The notes under the pieces are model-generated. The model saw only the letters and a program-made list of their open reading frames with translations, was not told the DNA's origin and made no database searches. Positions 6,224 through 12,968 of a stretch of DNA of 12,968 nucleotides are shown here, piece after piece. The stretch lies in NCBI GenBank assembly GCA_002428105.1, contig DJAB01000187.1:5422-18389 (forward strand), read 5' to 3'. The position numbers were made by a program, and so were the translations under genes. Numbering within the stretch: the first letter of the stretch is position 1; the number at the start of each line of letters is the position of its first letter. This DNA is from Bacteroidales bacterium UBA6013 (GTDB lineage Bacteria; Bacteroidota; Bacteroidia; Bacteroidales; UBA6013).

Positions 6224-7402
6224 TCAAGGCCGCAGCACCTCGCGCGCGAAAATGACCTCGTCGGCGATGGCCAGCACGTCTTGGCAGACCCCGTCGGCCG
6301 TCTTGGAATCGTTGATGTACTGGTTGAGCGATTTGAAAAGCTCTTGCGAGATCTTGCCCAGGTCCTGGCTGGCCCAGTTTTCGAGCATGTGGTCGAACAC
6401 GGCCTTGGCGTCGCCGTTGGTGCAGACGATGGGCAGAACGGGCAGGTTCTCCTGGGCGGCGTACTGGTAGGTCTCGAAAGTGCCCCCTTGCCCGCCGATC
6501 AGGATGACCAGGTCGGCGGCCTTCAGGCTTTCGAGCCACTCGGTGGGGCCGGGCGGCACGTGGCGGATGCTTCCTCCCTTGAACTGGGGCTGCTGGCCGG
6601 TGGGCACCACCTGCGTCAGGCGGTCGGACAGCCTTTGCCCCTGGGCCATGACGACCTGCGCGAAGGCCTCGGAAACCACATAGTCCACGCCCTGCCAGCC
6701 GCCAGTGATGAGCTTGTAGCCCTGCTCGGCGATGCGCCTGCCCAGGCTCTGGCTGACCCAGAGGATCTCGTCGGGCAGCGTGAAGGCGCCCGTGCCCGCC
6801 ACCAGGATGCTGCGATGGGCGCGCGTGGCCACGTTGTCGCGGCGGATGACCTGGGTCATGGACTCGATGAAGCCGTCGAAGTTGGTCTCGGGGTTGATGC
6901 TGAGCTTGTCGCTGATGAAGTTGACGAAATCGTCGATGCCATCCGCGATCTCGTAGATCTTCTTGGCCACTCCCATCAGGGCGAAGTCGTCCTCGCGGTC
7001 CAGGATTCCATCGACCATTTCCTGGATCTTGCGCTTCTGCTGGCGCCAGTGCTCCACGTAGGCGAACTGCCCGTCGTGGCTGTAAATGTCGGCGTCGGAG
7101 AGCACGATGGGGAAGACCCGCTGCTCGTAGCCTTTGGAGCGGATGATCTCCACGGCCTCGAACATGCAGTACTCCGAGCGGAGGTACTTGTCGCTCAGCA
7201 CGACGATGACGTAGTTGCCCTTGCCGATCTCGTGCATGAACTCGCGGATGCTGTCGCCCAGGGTGAGCGTGGCCTTGTCGCGCACGATCTTGTAGCCCAG
7301 CTCGTTGAGCTTGTCGCAGATGCGGTCCACCAAGGCCTCGCGGCTTTGGCCCAAGGCGGATTTGTTGTCCTTCCAGGCGTAGGAAATGTAGATGTTGTTC
7401 AT
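6224..7402 (-). CDS. TIR-SLOG fusion protein, 392 aa. The N-terminal ~135 aa form a TIR domain and the C-terminal ~180 aa form a LOG/SLOG (STALD-like) Rossmann domain. It is a candidate NAD+-consuming or nucleotide-signal-sensing defence effector.
   Basis: TIR hallmarks are a betaA strand IYISYAWKD and a SEYCMFEAVEI block, equivalent to the plant/bacterial S-x-W-C-x-x-E-L motif carrying the catalytic Glu. LOG-family hallmarks are ILVAGTG, GYKLITGGWQGVDYVVSEAF (GGxxGxM-like) and DLVILIGGQGGTFETYQ...LPVLPIV (PGGxGTxxE-like). Confidence 0.8.
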   Translation of the reverse strand: MNNIYISYAWKDNKSALGQSREALVDRICDKLNELGYKIVRDKATLTLGDSIREFMHEIGKGNYVIVVLSDKYLRSEYCMFEAVEIIRSKGYEQRVFPIVLSDADIYSHDGQFAYVEHWRQQKRKIQEMVDGILDREDDFALMGVAKKIYEIADGIDDFVNFISDKLSINPETNFDGFIESMTQVIRRDNVATRAHRSILVAGTGAFTLPDEILWVSQSLGRRIAEQGYKLITGGWQGVDYVVSEAFAQVVMAQGQRLSDRLTQVVPTGQQPQFKGGSIRHVPPGPTEWLESLKAADLVILIGGQGGTFETYQYAAQENLPVLPIVCTNGDAKAVFDHMLENWASQDLGKISQELFKSLNQYINDSKTADGVCQDVLAIADEVIFAREVLRP

Positions 7403-7420
7403 GCTCTTGGGGTGTGGAAA

Positions 7421-7831
7421 TCAGTTTCGGAGCCAGTTCAGGGCATCTTCCATCGTATCGAAGTAGGCCACCTGCACCAGCCCGATTCCGCCCTCTTCCA
7501 TGACCTGCTCCACGGAAACGCGGGTGAAAATATCGTGCGGCACGATGAAGGCTACCTTTTTCACGCCCAGCCGGACGGCGGCGGCATTGATGTTCTCATC
7601 GATCCATACCTGGGTCTCAGGGGGGATGGTATATCTGAACTGCCGGAGATCATGCAAGATCAAGCTCGGCTTGAAAGGGGCGATGCCCTTTTCCAAGGAC
7701 AAGGCAAAATCCTCGCGCAGCGCCGCGTCGTTGGCTTCTTCGGAGACTTCATGCCAGTGGTTGACCATGAGCCCGGTGGCAATCTCGAAGGTGATACGCC
7801 TGAAGGATGAGTTGAAAACGGTTTCTTCCAT
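7421..7831 (-). CDS. Small cytoplasmic protein of 136 aa with a putative SpoIIAA/STAS-like fold (DUF3478/DUF4325-like). It is the first gene of a two-gene operon, 18 bp upstream of the TIR-SLOG gene. Start ATG 7831 (MEETVFNSSFRRITFE...). The ORF-track start at 8002 is a W/H-rich spurious extension.
   Basis: Alternating beta/alpha pattern: LILHDLRQF.....VWIDENINAAAVRLGVKKVAFIVPHD and a C-terminal FDTMEDALNWLRN reminiscent of anti-sigma-antagonist ends. There is no TM or signal peptide. The fold assignment is by pattern only. Confidence 0.6.
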   Translation of the reverse strand: MEETVFNSSFRRITFEIATGLMVNHWHEVSEEANDAALREDFALSLEKGIAPFKPSLILHDLRQFRYTIPPETQVWIDENINAAAVRLGVKKVAFIVPHDIFTRVSVEQVMEEGGIGLVQVAYFDTMEDALNWLRN

Positions 7832-7924
7832 GATCCAAGTTTTGTGGGAGATTGAAAAGAGCTGGGGTGGCGCATACCAAGCCCAAAACTTCAAACCCCT
7901 GACGAACAGCAGTTTGGAATGAAA

Positions 7925-7942
7925 AGCGCGAACATCCGCGCT
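7925..7942 (-). terminator. Candidate minus-strand terminator for ccsA. Stem agcgcg / cgcgct with loop, followed on the minus strand by UUUCAUUCC.
   Basis: A 6-bp GC stem with a U-rich 3' flank on the minus strand lies about 130 nt downstream of the ccsA stop. Confidence 0.35.
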
Positions 7943-8071
7943 CCAGGTGGCCCGATGGAAAATGGCTTGGAAATGCGGTGGCCAAGATAGCACAAATGCC
8001 AAATGGTTGTGCTGGGCAATGGCATTTCCTGCCCAATCGAAACGACTCTTTTCCCCCGAGAAGGACCAATT

Positions 8072-8884
8072 TCACATGTTGCCGCTGTAAACGTGGACGC
8101 TGCTCTGGGCCGAAGGCAAGTAGTTGATGCCGAACCAGGCCATGAGCAGGATGAAGAAGGCCAGGAAAAGGATCCACGCCTGCAGCCGGTGCTTTTCGGG
8201 CTGGAACCACCGGAAGTGGATGTAGGAAAGGTAGGAAATCCAGGTGAGCAGGGCCCAGGTCTCCTTGGGATCCCAGGTCCAGTAGTGCCCCCAGGCCTCC
8301 TTGGCCCAGAGCGCGCCGAAACTGACGCCGATGGTCAGGAAGGCGAAGCCGATGTAAACCAGGTTGTCGGCCAGCTTCAGGGTGTCGGCCTCGTACTGCC
8401 CGAAGTAGGTCTGGTACAGGGCCTTGGCCCCGACGATGGACGAGGCCGCCACCAGCGCGTAAGACAGCAGCATGATGGAGACGTGCGGGATGAACCAGGG
8501 GCTTTGCAAGGCCGGCATCAGGGTCTTGTCGTAGGTATCTGGGTTCAAGTAGTTGACAACCAGGAAGATGATGGCCATGCCAAGGCTCAGGGCCAGGAAC
8601 CAGCGGTAGCGCCAGCGCAGGTAGGTCAGGAAGCCGATGGTGGTCAGGAAGAGCGAGTACCAGAGCCGGGTCTCGCCCATGGTGCGCAGGGGCGGGCGCT
8701 CGAGGTGCAGCCAGAGCGCTACGATGAAGGAGCCCAGCACGCCGATGCCGAGCAGCACGACGGCGTCGGCCGAGAGCCGCAGGGCGCGGGCGCCGTCGTT
8801 GCGGGGCACGAGGTTCAGGACGATGCCCGTGGTCCAGAGCAGGCCGGCCAGCAGGGCGATGATGGGAAAGTTGAGCCAGATCAT
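8072..8884 (-). CDS. ccsA: Cytochrome c biogenesis protein CcsA/ResC (system II heme handling), 270 aa. Start ATG 8884 (MIWLNFPIIALLAGLL...). The ORF-track start at 9058 overlaps ccsB and is rejected.
   Basis: WWD domain signature WGHYWTWDPKETWALLTW. Multiple TM helices and conserved His residues are present. Confidence 0.9.
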   Translation of the reverse strand: MIWLNFPIIALLAGLLWTTGIVLNLVPRNDGARALRLSADAVVLLGIGVLGSFIVALWLHLERPPLRTMGETRLWYSLFLTTIGFLTYLRWRYRWFLALSLGMAIIFLVVNYLNPDTYDKTLMPALQSPWFIPHVSIMLLSYALVAASSIVGAKALYQTYFGQYEADTLKLADNLVYIGFAFLTIGVSFGALWAKEAWGHYWTWDPKETWALLTWISYLSYIHFRWFQPEKHRLQAWILFLAFFILLMAWFGINYLPSAQSSVHVYSGNM

Positions 8885-8918
8885 GGTGTAGCTTTTTTGA
8901 GGGTGGAGGCTTGTGAGG

Positions 8919-10253
8919 TCAAGGTTTTCCGTCCGCTGGGTCGGCTTCTTGCTCTTCCTTGGGGCGGATGCGCTGGCCGAGCCAGAACATTTCGATGGCG
9001 CCGGCCAGGACCAGGAAAAGGCCGAAGTAAACCACTGGCTGCCAGGGGTCGCGCACAAACTCTAGCACGCTGCTGCGCGACCATTTGCCCATGTCGGCAT
9101 CGTAGCTGAGCTGGTAGATCTTCCAGCCGAAGAGCTCCACGGGCCAGTTCACCTCGACGGTCTCGCGGGTGCTGGAGCCGTCGAAGCCGTAGAGGACGAC
9201 CTCGGAGCTGAACTTCTCGGGCTCGGGCGTGAGCAGCAGCAGCGAGTGGTCGAAGTCCAGCCGCAGGGCCTGCGGGTCTTCCTGGATGCTGCCGCAGCTT
9301 ATCCAGCCTTCGCGAGCGTCGGCGCGGCCCGCGTGGTAGGCGCGCACGTAGGCCGCCGGGGCGTTGCCGTACTCGTCGGTCGGCACGAAGTTGCCCAGGC
9401 TGTCGCGCTTGGCCTCCGGATGGAACTCGACGACTTCCAACTGCCAATCGAGCAGCTCGGCCTTCAGTCCGGTCTTGGCCATGGGCAGCGCGCTGCCTTC
9501 CTGCAAGACCAGCTTCATGGCGTGTACGTCCACGATGCTGATCTTGGGCAGGAACTCATCGACCTTGAAATCAATCAGTTCCACACCGATGGGCAGTTCA
9601 TAGACCATCTGCATGTCGTGGGCGTGCCAGTTGATTTGGCCGCCTTCCTCCACCTCCATGATCAGCCGCTTGAGGTCGGCCGAGCCCAGGGCGGAGGCGA
9701 AGAAGGTGATCAGCAGCCCGAAGTGCGTGATGATGAAGCCGATGTTCTTGGCCTTGAACGGAACCGTGCGCTTGAAGGCCACGAAGGCCAGGCAGAGCAT
9801 GAAATAGAGCAGGCCGAAGAGGAAGGCCCAGTTCTCGGTCATGCGGGTGGCCCCGATGGCCTTGAAGAAGGGCGCGACCGTGCCCATGTCGCCAAAGGCC
9901 GTGTTCTCCTGCGGAAACATGGCCATGACAAAGACCAGGAAGGTGAAGTTGGCGATGGAAGTCAGGGCCGCGTGCACCGTGCCGAACCAGCGCACCAGCG
10001 GATGCTTGCGGAACATGAGGCTGGCGCTTCCCACGAAAAACAGGAAGAAGATGCCCACGTAAATGTTGTGCGGAAAAGCGATCTGCGAAAGCCCCGACGG
10101 CCCCCAGAAGGCCTCCAGGCTGAAGCCGATGGTCGTGAGCAGGCCCGCCAGCACGAAGCCTTCGCCGTATTTCCAGGGCTGGGCGAACAGCCGCCTTGTC
10201 TTGAGTTCTGTGGTCTGTGGTTCCAATGGGGATCCGGGTTGCGGGACGCCCAC
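8919..10253 (-). CDS. ccsB: Cytochrome c biogenesis protein CcsB/ResB family. The start is uncertain. I propose GTG 10253 (or TTG 10226 / TTG 10268) rather than the ORF-track ATG at 10403, because a TAtaTTTG -7 promoter box lies inside that extension.
   Basis: ResB-like topology: N-terminal TM helices, a large central soluble domain and a C-terminal TM helix WQPVVYFGLFLVLAGAIEMFW. The gene lies immediately upstream of ccsA, with a 34-bp gap. Confidence 0.7.
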   Translation of the reverse strand: MGVPQPGSPLEPQTTELKTRRLFAQPWKYGEGFVLAGLLTTIGFSLEAFWGPSGLSQIAFPHNIYVGIFFLFFVGSASLMFRKHPLVRWFGTVHAALTSIANFTFLVFVMAMFPQENTAFGDMGTVAPFFKAIGATRMTENWAFLFGLLYFMLCLAFVAFKRTVPFKAKNIGFIITHFGLLITFFASALGSADLKRLIMEVEEGGQINWHAHDMQMVYELPIGVELIDFKVDEFLPKISIVDVHAMKLVLQEGSALPMAKTGLKAELLDWQLEVVEFHPEAKRDSLGNFVPTDEYGNAPAAYVRAYHAGRADAREGWISCGSIQEDPQALRLDFDHSLLLLTPEPEKFSSEVVLYGFDGSSTRETVEVNWPVELFGWKIYQLSYDADMGKWSRSSVLEFVRDPWQPVVYFGLFLVLAGAIEMFWLGQRIRPKEEQEADPADGKP

Positions 10254-10282
10254 GGTGGGGCGGCCCAAGGTGAAAAAGTCCA

Positions 10283-10290
10283 CAAATATA
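10283..10290 (-). promoter_or_regulatory. Perfect Bacteroidetes -7 promoter box TATATTTG on the minus strand (plus-strand caaatata) in an AT-richer stretch. It is the candidate ccsBA promoter.
   Basis: It matches TAnnTTTG exactly. A TTTG lies 3 nt upstream and an AT-rich stretch further upstream (10291-10400). Chance expectation is about 3% in this interval. Confidence 0.4.
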
Positions 10291-10492
10291 AGCCAAAGCT
10301 GGCGATCGGCGTGGCCGGCGGAACATCTTATACAGCAGAGTTTCAGACCCGAAAATGCCTTGGCCCAACGAAGTAAAATGCCCCGCAAAGCCTTGGCTGT
10401 CATTTTGTTGGGCGAAATGCTTCGCGCTTTGCGCCAAAATTCGCAGATTCGCGGCCGTGCGACACGTCGCCCCGAACCAACGCTTGCCCACC

Positions 10493-11785
10493 ATGTATTA
10501 CAGCACCAACAGCCCCGGCCAGGACGTATCGCTGGCCTTCGCGGTCGTCAAAGGACTGGCCGCCGACAATGGCCTTTTCATGCCCCGGCGCCTGCCCCGC
10601 CTGCCGCAGGAGTTTTTCTCGCGCCTGCCCAGGCTGAGCCTGGCCCAGATCGGCTTCGAGGTCTCGAAGGCCCTGTTCGAGGGCGAGATTCCCGAGCCGG
10701 AGCTCGAGGCCCTGGTGGAGGACGCGCTCGACTTCGACACGCCCCTGGTGCCGCTGGACGACGACAGGCACGTGCTGGAGCTCTGGCACGGCCCGACCCT
10801 GGCCTTCAAGGACGTGGGCGCCCGCTTCATGGCCCGGCTGCTGGCCTACTTCAACCGCGGGCAGCAGCGCGTGGTCCGCATCCTGGTGGCCACCTCGGGC
10901 GACACGGGCAGCGCCGTGGCCAGCGGATTCCTGAAAGTGCCGGGCATCGAAGTGGTGCTGCTCTACCCCAAGGGCGGAGTCAGCAAGATACAGGAGGCGC
11001 AACTGACCACCATGGGCCACAACATCGAGGCCCTGGAGGTGGAAGGCGTCTTCGACGACTGCCAGCGGCTGGTCAAGCAGGCCTTCCTCGACCCGGAGCT
11101 GAACCGCGCGCTGTTCCTGACCTCGGCCAACTCCATCAACATCGCCCGGCTCATCCCGCAGTCGTTCTACTACTTCCGGGCCTTGGCGCAACTGCCCGAC
11201 TCCGCCCGCCCTACGGTCGTGAGCGTGCCCTCGGGCAATTTCGGCAACCTCACCGGAGGGCTGATCGCGCAGCGGATGGGACTGCCCATCGGGCGCTTCA
11301 TCGTGGCCACCAACGCCAACAAAGTGGTGCCCGAATACCTGGAGACGGGCGTTTACCAGGCCCGCCCGACCCTCCCGACCCTCTCGAACGCCATGGACGT
11401 GGGCGACCCCAGCAACTTCGCCCGCCTGCTGGACCTTTTCGGCGGCAAGGTCGAGGCCATGCGCGCCCAACTCAGCGGCCACTGGTCCACGGACGAGCAG
11501 ACGCGGCGGCGCATGAAGGAGATCCACCAGCGCTACGGCTACGTCATCGACCCGCACGGCGCGGTGGCCTACGACGGCCTGGCCGAGGGCCTGCGCCCGG
11601 GCGAGCGGGGCATCCTGCTGGGCACGGCGCATCCGGCCAAGTTCAAGGACGCCGTGGACCAGACCCTGGGCCTGGAGCTGCCCCTGCCCGAGCGCCTGGC
11701 GCACAGCATGGCCCTGCCCAAGGTGGCCACGCCCCTGTCGAAGGACTTCGCGGACTTCCGCGCCTACCTGATGCGCAAGGCCTGA
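10493..11785 (+). CDS. thrC: Threonine synthase, 430 aa. Start ATG 10493 (MYYSTNSPGQDVSLAFAVVKGLAADNGLFMP). The ORF-track start at 10355 is an extension.
   Basis: PLP-enzyme motifs FKDVGARFMARLL (Lys for PLP) and SGDTGSAVASGF. The overall length and N-terminal YYSTN/LFMP motifs match the long-form ThrC typical of Bacteroidetes and E. coli. Confidence 0.9.
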   Translation: MYYSTNSPGQDVSLAFAVVKGLAADNGLFMPRRLPRLPQEFFSRLPRLSLAQIGFEVSKALFEGEIPEPELEALVEDALDFDTPLVPLDDDRHVLELWHGPTLAFKDVGARFMARLLAYFNRGQQRVVRILVATSGDTGSAVASGFLKVPGIEVVLLYPKGGVSKIQEAQLTTMGHNIEALEVEGVFDDCQRLVKQAFLDPELNRALFLTSANSINIARLIPQSFYYFRALAQLPDSARPTVVSVPSGNFGNLTGGLIAQRMGLPIGRFIVATNANKVVPEYLETGVYQARPTLPTLSNAMDVGDPSNFARLLDLFGGKVEAMRAQLSGHWSTDEQTRRRMKEIHQRYGYVIDPHGAVAYDGLAEGLRPGERGILLGTAHPAKFKDAVDQTLGLELPLPERLAHSMALPKVATPLSKDFADFRAYLMRKA

Positions 11786-11836
11786 GGCTAGGAAGAAATC
11801 GCCCGCCCGGCGCGGGGCCGGACGGACGGCGGGGGG

Positions 11837-12847
11837 CTAGAAGGAATGCTCGGGGCGGTAGCCTCGGAAGTACTTCTGGAACTGGGTGCGCTCGTAGTCG
11901 GCGGGGTTCTGGCTGCGGCTCTGGCTGAGCATCCCGCGGAAGTCGCTCAGGCGGCGGTAGCCTTTCTTGTTCATCCACTGGCTGAGGAAGTCGAGCATCT
12001 CCTGGGCGCGGCGCGGGCCGTGGCGGTAGAAGGTGGAGACGGCCTGGACGGCGTCAGCGCCCGCGAGGAGCTGCTTGACCAGCGCGGGGCCGTCGTGGAC
12101 GCCCGTGGAGGCGCAGAGGTCGCAGGTGACGCGCTCGCTCATGATGGAGATCCAGCGCAGGGAGGTGGCCAGGTCGGAGGGCGCGCTGAGCACGCTGGAG
12201 CTGGTAACGCTGAGCTTGTCGATGTCGAAGTCGGGCGAATAGAAGCGGTTGAAGAGCACCAGGGCGTCGATGTCGGTGCCGGAGAGCTCCTTGAGCATGG
12301 AGGGCACGTTCGAGAAGAAGTAGCCGACCTTCAGGGCCACGGGGATGCTGACCTGCTGGGTGATGGTGTGGGCGATGTCGAAGTAGATCTGCTCGTTGTT
12401 GCTGGCCTTGCGCGAGGTGTCGGAGGGCATGAGGAAGACGTTGAGCTCCAGGGCGTCGGCGCCAGCCTGCTCAACCAGCCGGGGGTAGAAGGTCCACTCG
12501 TCGGCGGTGATGCAGTTGATGCTGGCGATGATGGGGATGGAGGTCCGCTTCTTGCTCTGGGCGATGAGGTCGAGGTACTTCTCGGAGCTGTGGGGCTCAT
12601 ATTGGGCGGGATGCTCGTAGTAGCCGGGCTGCTCGGGGAAGAGGTCGGAGCTGGTGTTCATGCTGTCGAGGCTTGCCTGCATCTCTTCGACGATTTCCTC
12701 CTCGAAGAGCGAGCGCAAGACCACGGCGCCCACCCCGGCCTTCTCCATGGCCAGGACGCCATCCAGGTTTTCGGTCAGGGCGGAGCTTCCCTTGATCAGG
12801 GGATTTTTGAGCTCCAGGCCCATGTATTGGGTCGTAAGGTCTGCCAT
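11837..12847 (-). CDS. Dihydroorotate dehydrogenase-like TIM-barrel protein (PyrD / dihydropyrimidine-dehydrogenase domain family, annotated DHOD-like in Bacteroidetes), 336 aa.
   Basis: The N-terminus MADLTTQYMGLELKNPLIKGSSALTENLDGVLAMEKAGVGAVVLRSLFEEEI matches the DHOD class-1 N-terminal pattern (L.N.L.N....aSG......e.......aGaG.vv.K). ASINC and VGYFF barrel strands are also present. Confidence 0.8.
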   Translation of the reverse strand: MADLTTQYMGLELKNPLIKGSSALTENLDGVLAMEKAGVGAVVLRSLFEEEIVEEMQASLDSMNTSSDLFPEQPGYYEHPAQYEPHSSEKYLDLIAQSKKRTSIPIIASINCITADEWTFYPRLVEQAGADALELNVFLMPSDTSRKASNNEQIYFDIAHTITQQVSIPVALKVGYFFSNVPSMLKELSGTDIDALVLFNRFYSPDFDIDKLSVTSSSVLSAPSDLATSLRWISIMSERVTCDLCASTGVHDGPALVKQLLAGADAVQAVSTFYRHGPRRAQEMLDFLSQWMNKKGYRRLSDFRGMLSQSRSQNPADYERTQFQKYFRGYRPEHSF

Positions 12848-12875
12848 TGTACTTTTGGGATGATTGGTTTGCTTC

Positions 12876-12883
12876 CAAATTTA
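12876..12883 (-). promoter_or_regulatory. Perfect -7 box TAAATTTG on the minus strand (plus-strand caaattta) about 29 nt upstream of the DHOD-like start. ATTG lies 19 nt further upstream as a weak -33.
   Basis: Exact TAnnTTTG match with appropriate spacing to the ATG at 12847. Confidence 0.45.
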
Positions 12884-12968
12884 CGCAAAAGAACAGGCCC
12901 GACAATGCGCTGGAGCGGGCCATTTTCGCGACATGGCCTAATCAAGAATGAGTCCAGTCTAAAAACTA

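Noticed and set aside
5565-7810. Long antisense ORFs 5565..6539 (-), 5972..7810 (+) and 5794..6060 (+)
   Set aside because: These are GC-bias artefacts opposite the tlpA-like and TIR-SLOG genes. Their products are R/G/A/P-rich with no domain-like pattern.
7832-8002. N-terminal extension of the STAS-like ORF back to ATG 8002
   Set aside because: The extension is W/H/F-rich (MAFVLSWPPHFQAIFHRATW...) and overlaps the hairpin cluster. The ATG at 7831 gives a compact 136-aa protein starting directly at the first beta-strand. The start remains somewhat uncertain.
6144-8071. Search for target-site duplications or att-like direct repeats flanking the TIR-SLOG / STAS operon
   Set aside because: Only trivial shared 7-8-mers (cttt(t)cccc) were found by eye. 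There is no convincing direct repeat and no integrase or transposase, so mobility is unproven.
11786-11836. GC-rich segment gcccgcccggcgcggggccgg between the convergent thrC and DHOD-like genes, considered as a bidirectional terminator
   Set aside because: Only short imperfect stems of 3-5 bp can be drawn, and there is no U-tract on either strand. It may still function, but the sequence evidence is weak.
8003-11928. ORFs 8003..9109 (+), 9246..10376 (+), 9598..10494 (-), 10063..11928 (+) and 10400..11704 (-)
   Set aside because: These are antisense or off-frame to ccsA, ccsB and thrC. Their translations are low-complexity (GR-rich, PG-rich).
1-12968. tRNA, rRNA, CRISPR array, IS element
   Set aside because: I see no cloverleaf-compatible GC-rich 75-nt segments with anticodon context, no rRNA-like conserved stretches, no regularly spaced direct repeats, and no transposase-like ORF.

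Overview
This is a high-GC (roughly 60%+) chromosomal segment that looks Bacteroidota-like. The GreA sequence is of the Bacteroidetes type, TAnnTTTG-type promoter motifs recur, there are no Shine-Dalgarno-dependent starts, and a YncE-like lipoprotein is present. Gene order is as follows. A decayed ~130-bp tandem repeat carries a UUCG-type hairpin and a duplicated 3' gene tail. On the minus strand sits a YncE/DUF5074-like beta-propeller lipoprotein. On the plus strand sits an 831-aa bacterial homolog of the eukaryotic major vault protein (MVP). This is followed by greA and two tandem TlpA/ResA-like thiol:disulfide oxidoreductases. A bidirectional terminator separates these from a two-gene minus-strand operon. 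Its first gene encodes a small SpoIIAA/STAS-like protein and its second a TIR-SLOG (LOG/STALD-like) fusion protein. The remaining genes are ccsA and ccsB (cytochrome c biogenesis, minus strand), thrC (plus) and a dihydroorotate-dehydrogenase-like TIM-barrel protein (minus). I see no rRNA, tRNA, CRISPR array, transposase or integrase. Two items are most noteworthy. The first is the bacterial major vault protein homolog. The second is the TIR-SLOG plus STAS-like pair, which is inserted in the middle of a cytochrome-c maturation (ccsBA / tlpA) locus and resembles a single-polypeptide, Thoeris-like NAD+-signalling defence module. Several very long antisense ORFs in the six-frame track are GC-bias artefacts.
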